Shown piece after piece: positions 54,528 to 64,000 of a stretch of DNA of 64,000 nt. The notes beneath the pieces are model-generated. The model was given only the letters and a program-made list of their open reading frames with translations, was not told the DNA's origin and searched no databases. Location of the stretch: NCBI RefSeq assembly GCF_009914755.1, contig NC_060926.1. One strand, written 5' to 3'. The DNA comes from the human T2T-CHM13v2.0 reference genome, Homo sapiens. The stretch's first letter is position 1. The number at the start of each line of letters is the position of its first letter. The position numbers were made by a program, and so were the translations under genes.

Positions 54528-57500
54528 CGCCCCCCGCTGTCCTCTGCACAACTTTTGTGCATTTCAGGCTCTTCCTCTGTGTTGCTGTTGTTCCCTCCTT
54601 ACTAAGTGCTTCCCCATTTTACTCAACTTCATTTGAACATCTTGGAACCAGCTCACCTGCCCTCACTGTGGAAGGTCTCTGTTGTCACTCTGCTGCCTGA
54701 GGCCAGAGGCTACTCTCTTTGTGTCCTGCACCAGGCCTTCCTCACTCTGCAGTGAAGTAGGGGTCAGGAGTGAGGGACGTTAAGCTGGGAAAAGGGAAGC
54801 CTCATGAGCCGTGAACAGGACATAAATACATGCCTTTCTTTAAGTCCCTACTATGTACAAGATTCTCTGATGGGTACTTTACTGTTTTCACTGTTTTCTC
54901 ACTCTCAAAAGACAATGCTAAAGTCATATTTTGCCAAGGAGGAAGCAGAAGTGTAAAGATGAAGTCATGTGCCTAAGTTTTTAGGCCAGGGAAGCAAACG
55001 CTTCAGTGGATCCAGGTTTTGAATCCATGTCTATCTAGGTCCAGAGACAGCTACATAAAGCAAGACAAAGTGTGATCGATGGGCGTTGCAGGAAGGCATC
55101 TTCTGACTCCTCCTGACACGGAGAGCTGCTCGCTACAGAAGGTGTAGAATCTTTGAGGACAGTGAGCTGTCGGATGCTGAAATGTGCAGGCAAGAGGTGA
55201 AAACCATTGGCAGGGGCTGCTGTGGAGGAGATTCGGGCCTCTTGCAATAATAAAGTTAAGTGAAATCAAAAGAAATGCTCTTGTTCTCTCCTGGCCCTGA
55301 TGGCCCATGGAATTGCATTCTCTCTCTGACTGATGCTGAGGGCCAGCTCAATGGCTAAGAATCCCTCTCGCCTTCTTGAAGCCTGTGTCTCCACAATAAA
55401 CCTCCAAAGCTAATGCAAGCCCATCTAATATGGCTGCTTCTCGGCACCTCACCTCCCAGATCTTAGGCTGCGGCTTTCGGGAAAAAGCTAGACCTAGCTA
55501 GACCCACAGCCATACCTCCTCCTGCACCCAGGCCTCGAACACCCACCAGAGTGGGACCTGGGGGCCCCTCCTGCCTGCCTGCCTGAGTGCTCCATCTCCG
55601 GAAGGGTCCCCGAAAGACAGGGCCCCACAAGGGGAGGCTTTGGAGAGCCTGATTGCATGACAAACACCACACATATTGAAACACTCTGGCAGTTTCCCGG
55701 TGCTCCCAGTCAGAGACCTGACCCTTTTGACCTCAAACATCTTATTAAAGCCCCTAGAGCCCCACGTCTCTGCGAGGGAGAGAACGAAGCAACTCCTGGA
55801 CTCATTCTCTTCCCTAATTCATTCAAGTAAGCCCGGCTGAGTGGGGCCTGGGCCTTTGATGTTAAAGGCCCCTAATTGGAAGGAAGTGAAGTGTTAGCCT
55901 GTCAGCCTTTTAGTCTCTCATCAAATACTTTAAGAGGTATCCGCACAGTGCAGTTCTCACACTGGGGCCGAGAAAGCCCGGAGTGGACTGCTTTTTGTTA
56001 AAATGTTTAAACTTTGCATCTGTCTAACAGAAAGTTCATTACAGATGTCACAGTTCCTGGTGGGCTCTCTCTTCCCTCCCCCTGGCCCCCACCCACCTCC
56101 TTCTGCTTTAGGAAGGACCCGTCTCAGGGCCCACAGTGCTCGCCCACCCGCCCACCCTGAGCCCACGGGAGAGGAAGGTGGCTGCAGGAGCTAATTACCG
56201 ACCCCCAGACGCAGGCCTGCAAGCTCCTGGTTGGGGCCTCCCTCCGTGGGGCTCCTTTGATCTCCGTGTTTGGAATTGTGTCACTCCCCAGGAATGTGCT
56301 CCCCCACCCCCATCTCTGCATCCCAGAGTGTAACCCTTTCAGAGCACCTCTCTTTTTTACAGCCTGGGCCATCAAGCCCAGAAAGGGAAAGTGACTTGCC
56401 CAATGTCCTTCTGGGAGCTAGTGGCAGCGCTGGGTCCACCAGCCAGGACTTCTGACCCCTGGGATGGTGGTATTCTGCATATACGTCAATGTCTGTCTTT
56501 GGGAAAAGAAGGCTGGGACTTTACTTATCTACATTTATATAGAATGGGATTACATTTGCCCAGATTCATGGGCAACAGGCTTGATGATGCTTGGGTCTGG
56601 AAAGGGAAAGTGATTCTGTGTCTCTAGGATGCATACGGTGGGGGCAGTGGGAGAGGAGTGCGGGCCACTTAGCAAAGAGATTCCAGCATCCACGAGGGCT
56701 TGACCACCTGCCAGGGCTTGGCAGGACTCTCAGAGCAAATCCCATGCACCCAGACCTGCCACAGGATGCAGATGCAAATGCAGGAAACTCCAGGCCATGT
56801 GTGGACTGAATGGGGGTGCTCCTGCGCATTGGTTTTACAGATACACAAAGTTTCTAACTGATCTCTTGTGGTTGATGAAGAAGGCAGCAAAATTCCTACT
56901 CCACGGGACTCTTGAGGGTTCCTAAAGGGACCATTGTGAGTTAGTAGAAAGTATCAAATACGTAATAAATGCAAAACACATGTAATTTCTAAATCAGTTT
57001 TTGACTTTCTTCAGTTACACAGTCAATGCTGAGCTCTGGTAAGCCCCCTTCAGACATTTAAGTTAAAACATTAAAATTTGAAACAATATAACTTGATTCA
57101 ATTCATTCTTGGTCCTAAGTTTCCCTTTTCAATTTATAAATGTAATCATGGCTTGATTATTAGGCATTTAGGGAATTCATTTACTTATTCATTTATTCAA
57201 AACATACTCTGCATGCTCCTGTTACAGGCTAGAATGGCGTATCTCAGGTACCATTTTCTCTCCAGTGTGTTTTCATATCATTAGTGTCTCTATAACAGCG
57301 AAAGGGAAGAACTGATGTTCTCAGTTTTAAGTGTGAGAATTTGAAGTGGAAAAGCAAGTTTGCTATTCCTACCAGGGACCCTCTGATAGATGCTGGCCAT
57401 GCCTGCCTGCTTCCACCTGACTGAATGAATGTGGTTTCTGTTTCAGACCCCATTTCCACTCTGCTACCCCAGGGTGGGCTGCTCCCTGGCCATAAGCACA

Positions 57501-57780
57501 TGCAGCAAGCCATGCACCTGCCCACATTCCAGGCTCAATCAGGGTAATGAACTGATGTTAAGATAGAAGACTGAGGTCAGCTCTCACTAGAAAAGCCCTC
57601 AACTCAGCTCTGTCAGAAAACCCAGGGCTGGAGAGCAGACTTGAACTTCGTTAAGTTTGTCTTTGAAATCTCGACAGACCTTAGTTTGAGGGTAAGCCAG
57701 AGAAGGCCAAATATCCACTGGTAGACAGACTCAGGCAGGGAGCCCTGACCCAAATCCAGTCCAGAAGGTTCTTCAGTTTG

Positions 57781-57810
57781 ATAGACACATGCAGACACAG
57801 AGATAGAGAG

Positions 57811-57841
<31 letters not shown>

Positions 57842-58322
57842 TACAAACACACAGAGATAGAGATATATATAAAACACACACAGAGATAGAGATATATATA
57901 CAACACACACAGAGATAGAGATATATATACACATACACAGAGATAGAGATAGACACATACACACACACAGAGATACACACATACACTCACACACAGAGAG
58001 AGAGATATACACACAGAAATATATATATACACAAACACACAGAGAAACATTTTATATATATATACACCTAGACATACAGAGACACAGAGATATATATACA
58101 CACACATACACACACAGAGACACAGAGATACACATGGAGAGGGAGACATATGCACACATATACACACACACAGATATACACACACAGACACAGAGAGAGA
58201 GACACGTATGCACACATACACACACAGAGATATACACACAATGACAGAGAGAGATATACATACACAAAAGTACACACACAGATATATATACACACACACA
58301 CACACACACATATATGTATATA
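57781..58322. repeat. Compound (CA)/(TA)/(GA) low-complexity array
   Basis: ~540 bp of variants of ACACACAGAGATAGAGATATAT. Confidence 0.95.
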
Positions 58323-59570
58323 TTTTCACTTTAGGTAGTCTCATGACATCTCCATGAAAACATTTCCAGAGCAAAGCTCCTTTTAGCGAGGTTTGCCTGA
58401 GCATGATCAGGTTTGGGAAAGGTCCAGCATAGTGTCTGGAGCCCTGTGGGTGAGCCACAGGCCTGGGGTAGTGTCTCAACACACCACATGTGTATTTCTA
58501 AGCCCCTTCAATTCTTTCAGCATTTCACAAATGAAGCTATTAGAGTAGACTGGCTTTAAGTCTTGTTCCAGGGGGAACATTTCATGATACTATGAGAGTA
58601 CCAGAACACAAGGGATAGTTTCATAATCATTACTAAATAGAATAGTGCCTAGTTTGCCAAATTTGAATAAAAACAGAAGGACAAGGCCGTGTTGCCTAGG
58701 TTTATAAAGTTCCATGCCATTTTCAGATTGTGCAATTTTGTCTGAATATTCCATGTCAGTGTAACCTAACCTCTGTTTTAGATCCTGGTGATGATCCTGC
58801 ACAGTTGACATAATTACCACCACCTTCCCAGGTGCCGAAATTGAGACTGAGAGAAAAACAATCAGCCCCCGATTTTACAGCTACAGAATGCTGGAGCTGG
58901 AGCCTAGCGTCCTGACCCCTCTACTGCACTTACAGATTTCTCCGGATCTTGACTACAATCCAAAGCAATCGTGCTGGAACTAAGGAGAGCTGTAGCCTCA
59001 TCCATCAGACTGAATCTTTTACTTTTCTTCTGGCTGTTTGCATGTTATAAACAAAGCTACGAGTTACTCTTTTTTTCCAAGGTGGCACACAGTAACTGTG
59101 GGGAGGGTCAGATGCTTTTCTTGGAGTACTGATTCCAAGGAAATACCTTAATCTCATTGAGTCAATTCATTAGCAGCTTCTAAGACTTTAATCAACTAAC
59201 ATTTCTGTGCTAAGTCAAAACCAAACTATTTAAAAATTTTTAAAAAAACAATTTCTAATGAACCTGACTCCCACTTAGAGTACTTCAGCTGAGAATCTTT
59301 TTTGGCCCCTCCCTAATTGTCTAATTAATGCAATATTAAATTGACACCAAGCAAATGGGAGCTGAATTGTGTGCTAACAGTTTGGGCAAACTGAGAAGAA
59401 GTGTAATTTCTGTGCATAAGCCAGATGGGAGCAGAGAAGAGGAAGGGATATGTGCATGCTAATTTGCAGTTTGACAAACTCCTTTTGTAAAAATAAACAC
59501 TTTTGCAGAAGTCTAAGGAAAGCAAATGTCATCCATTTCATACCATACAATGCCTACTCATAGATATTGA

Positions 59571-59886
<316 letters not shown>

Positions 59887-60325
59887 CATGTGCTCATTTC
59901 TAACCACATTTTACAGTAAGAGTCACATCTAATGAAAGCAGAGAAGTTCACCTCCTTATTCCATCACTGCAGTATTGGCTGTCAGGTGCAAAGAGACTTG
60001 AGCTGAACTAAGAGATGCATCCAGCCTAGTGCTGGGAGGAAATGCTCCAAGTTCCTTGTTCTGAACTGGCCAGAGGCCCAGGGGACTGAACAGCACTCCA
60101 GGTTTCCATGCTTGCAGATGTCAGATGCCTACCAGAGACACAGTCTGGGGTGGCAGCATTATCTGGTCCACCTCCTACATCAGTCTTGAATGCTTTTTCT
60201 GAGGGAGAGGGAAGATTTGCTGCAACCCATCCTTGGACATCCAACAGAGGCTTTAGTGGAACCACGAGTTACAGATCAGGAGCAGTGACTATCAGTGCTA
60301 TAAACTTTTTTCATAACCCTCCCAG

Positions 60326-60744
60326 AGATAGACGTACAGATGTGCCACCCAGATCCTTCAAGAAAAGACTCATTGCCAGTCATAAGGACCAAGGTCAACG
60401 GACAACCTTCAGCTATTTTTAAGTCTCCTGCAGCTGCAGAGAATGATACTTCATGTAAGGTGTCAGTACAGGTGCCTGATTTGGGGGCAGCCTGTATCAG
60501 GTGCCTGTGCAAGGCAAGAGGGGCACAAAAGCCCAGCCATTTCTCTCCAACATGGGAAGCTGTGAGGGATAATACACTCTCCAGAGAGCGTCTATTGGAT
60601 AGTGGAGGCTTTGCTGGGCCTGCATTACAGTTAAACTTCTCCCTCTGCCCAGTCCTCCTCCTTCACAGGCATTGATCCCTAATAAACGTCTTGCTCTCCA
60701 AACTCCCTCTCAGTATCTGCTTCCAGAGGATCCAGCCTGGGGCA
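60326..60744 (+). mobile_element. LTR16A-like solo LTR (ERVL)
   Basis: CAGATCCTTCAAGAAA, CCAGCCATTTCT, CTAATAAAC, CTCAGTATCTGCTTCCAGAGGA. Confidence 0.8.
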
Positions 60745-62906
60745 CTGTATTTCTTGCTTTTTTCCCCCCTGTTTTCTGTAGGGATAAGATCCTATAAAAT
60801 AAAGGAATGCTTATACTGGCTTTCAGGGATATTACCCAGAGTTGAGAATATTTTTTCCTGATTTGGCCCCTGTAGTCTTGGAGATTTGGGCTAGGAACCC
60901 TGGTACTGAATGACTTAGGATTTTCTCAGCAATAAGCAGTGTGGCTTTGTGTGGCTGCATCTCTGTGCAGAGCACACTGATATAGCAGAGAGCCAGGCTG
61001 TCAGCAGTGTTAGGAGTTAACTCTTAAAACTCAGACATTAAGCAGATTGTTTTGAGTAGAAGGCTCTGGGGACACAATCAGATTAATCTAGATAGCCCAG
61101 GCAATTGCTTCTGAGTGTATTGAATTAAGCTCAAAGACCAATTCAGGAAATGGCCTGGGTATTTGCATTACCAAAACAAACAAACAGACAAACAAAATAA
61201 ACAAACAGTGTGATTCGCTTGGAGGGCAGCAGATCCCCAAGATGAAACTGAGCCTGAGGATCCCACAGCAAACTGTCCCAATAGACATAACCACAGACTG
61301 TAGGGCAGCCAGTATTGCAAAGTATCACTAGGCATATGGGCAGCAGGGGTGGTGCTGACCCAGAGAACTACCACCACCACAAAATGCCCAACACATGTGG
61401 CATGGGGGGAGCAGCCCCCAAAGTGACCCTGCACACCTCCACAAGACTCTCAGGGAATGCTCTTTGAGGAACTCTGGTTAGGATTCAGGATTCAACCATC
61501 TGCAGGAAATGAAATTTTGTATATGCCCAGGCATTTTACCAGGACAAGCTCATACCTTCTCCAGAACACGAGAAGGAAATGTCCTGGCTCAATATTTATA
61601 TGAAGCTAATTGTTATTTTGGCTTCATCCAGGACTTAGAAAGATATCTCATAATTAAGGCTGAAGTGTCTCAGCTGCCACTGGCAGGACAGAGCTTCAGA
61701 CCCAGCGGCAGAGGAAGTCTGTTAACTCAGAAACTGGCAAAACAGGAATTATTAGAAAACACACTGGCATCCAGTGATTAGAGGAGAGTGGACCCTAAAT
61801 TGAAACCAGGAGACAAAAACCACTGTGGACTTTTTCTACAAACCACAGAGTAGGATGCAATTTCAGCTGAACTTAAACGAGCAAGACTTAAGAATGGAGG
61901 AAGATTAAAGATAACTCATTTAGAGACGTTCCAATGGTCCTGATTTGATACTTGATGGTCCATTAGAATTCTTGGAAAGTATAAAAGGAGAAATACATTG
62001 TTGCCAATTACCAAAGGGTCATCAGGCAAACACCTTCTGGCCTGCCTTCCTGGTGGCCATTCCCAGTGTACATCTCAGTTTTCTCAAAGACTCTTCTTAG
62101 AAACACAGGATGCTAAAAGGAGTGGAGCCTTAAAGATGCATCTAGGCATGGGATGCCATAGATGAGGAAACTAAAATCTAAAGGGAATGGGACTTGTCAT
62201 CCCTGGTGCCATGCAGGGCCCAGGCTTCCTACCTTCTAACCCATACTCTTCCTGCAGAACCACGCTGACTTGCAATACTTATGCTTGGGATTTTCAAGAA
62301 GCCAGGCAGAGAGAATCTCATTATGTACCTAAAGCTTCTCTGGTGCTGCAAAGCACTGTTCAAAAGCTTAGGTCTTGTTGAGCTCATGAAGCAGTATCTG
62401 TGGCCTCTTCTGCACTCTCCATACTTGGCAGCCACACCAAACTTCATCAGAGAAAGATCCCCAGCCAGAGAGGGCATCTGTAGAGTGCAACTTGCTTGAT
62501 TTTCAATATTGATAAAATAGGTCTGCTTGGTCATTTGGGGAAAGCACAACAGAAGGGAAGAGGAGAGAGCACCTCTGCACACCCAAGAGCAAACTACGGG
62601 GTGGGGTCTGGGTGCCGGGAGTGGGATAAGAGGTCAGGGGCAGCTTAACCTGTCCTCCTGTCTGCTTTACTAATCTCCTCTGGACAGCTCTGATCTCACC
62701 TTGCCATGGAGCTGTAAGTATGTTAGCGGGGAGCGCACAATGGATGTCAGAGATAGACACAAGCATTAAGGAGTCGGCTGTCAACAGGCTCAAAAGAATT
62801 AGTGGGGGCCTGTGTTAGGGGCTGACTGCGATGGGTAAGGGGCAGTTTGGAAAACGGTTCTCTCCACTCGCTATCTTCCAACAGTTATCAGTTGCTTTAC
62901 AAATCA

Positions 62907-63486
62907 TAGTCATGCCCCACATGAGGATATTTCCATCAACGATGGACCACTTATATAATGGTGGTCCCATAAGATTATAATAGAGCTGAAAAATTCTTAT
63001 TCCCTGTTCCCACCACGTCATTGTGCAATTACTTTATTTTTCTCATAAATTTAGTGTAGCCTAAGTGTACTGTGTTTATAAAGTCTATACAGTAATATCT
63101 TAGGCCTTCACATTCACTCACCCCTCACTCATTGACTCACCCAGACCAACTTTCAGTCCTGCAAACTCTATTCGTGGTAAGCGCCCTATATAAATGTACC
63201 ATTAAAAAAAAATCTTTTGTACTATATTTTACTGTACCTTTCCCATGTTCAGATATGTTTAGGTACACAAATAATTACCATAATGTTATAATTGCCTACC
63301 GTACTCAGTACAGTAACATGCTGTCCAGGCTTGTAGCCTAGGAGCAATAGGCTATACCACATAGCCTAGGTTCATAGTAGGCTACACCATCCTAGGTTTG
63401 TGTAAGTGTGATGTTTGCACAACAATGAAATCATCTAACGATGCATTTATCAGACCATATTCCTGTTGTTAAGCAACACATGACTG
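62907..63486 (-). mobile_element. Tigger3c-like (TcMar-Tigger)
   Basis: AGTCATG...CATGACTG inverted termini with TA on the right; GGTGGTCCCATAAGATTATAAT, TAGCCTAGGAGCAATAGGCTATACC; 580 bp. Confidence 0.92.
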
Positions 63487-63519
63487 TAGGAGGTTCATCC
63501 TCAAAGACTGAAACTTGAG

Positions 63520-64000
63520 TACCTGAGCACACCATCCAGGGGGGTGGGTATCACCCAATCTAGCCTACCACTGTTGACACCTGAGCAGTCCTTCTGGTAT
63601 TTGAGGTTGAACCCCCTGAACCTGTTACTACCACCACAGCTGCCACTCATCTGCATGTGCCACCTGCAGACCTGGGGACTGGCCCATCCAGCCCATTGTA
63701 GCCATCATCAAAAACAGCAGGGATCTCTTGGGTCCCAAAGATTGTCCCACCACTGCTACTGTGATTGCCCATGCCACACCTGCTGCCCAGGGGCTCAATA
63801 ATCCACCTGCCCAGCCCACCACTGTCATTCCTGGCACCTGAGCAAGCCACCTTGAAGGCCAATAATCAGACTTCCTGGACTGGCTAACACATGCCAGCAT
63901 ATACAACCCTGGTGCCCAAGGATAGGCATGCTCAGCCTGCTGCTGCCATCAATGGGCCCTGAAGACTGGCCCACATGGTGTCTCAGTCCCCAGCAGAACT
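63520..64000 (+). mobile_element. L1 5' region (L1M1-like), runs off the window
   Basis: C-rich internal repeats with (C)ACCTGAGCA at ~63520, ~63578 and ~63835, typical of old L1 5' ends. Confidence 0.65.

Noticed and set aside
57613-58482. 289-aa minus-strand ORF, the longest in the track
   Set aside because: It is the translation of the compound microsatellite (CVCVYI repeats) and has no protein-like complexity

Overview
This is primate, most likely human, non-coding genomic DNA: intergenic or deep intronic. I find no supportable protein-coding gene, rRNA, tRNA, CRISPR array or prokaryotic system. The ORF track is explained by Alu reading frames, microsatellites and chance. A large part of the window is interspersed repeat: 12 full or near-full Alus, 2 Alu fragments and a FAM monomer; many MIR and L2 remnants; old L1M segments; two L3/CR1 fossils; solo LTRs (MLT1D x2, MLT1C, MER21, LTR33/50-like, LTR16A-like); and DNA transposons (MER3, MER5 family, MER20, MER30, MER58B, Tigger3). 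The most notable items are invisible to the ORF track. They are a frameshifted hAT-Charlie transposase fossil (~14.5-16.95 kb, minus strand), a 34-bp retroposed micro-insertion with a perfect 16-bp TSD (23.6 kb), a candidate lncRNA exon containing a MER5A1 (10.3-10.65 kb), a 4x TGATTTAT PBX-HOX-like cluster (34.45 kb) and an odd Alu-head/poly-T junction (4.7 kb). Repeat names come from recalled consensus sequences, not from a search, and boundaries of old repeats are approximate. I could not identify the locus and see no evidence for a new biological system.
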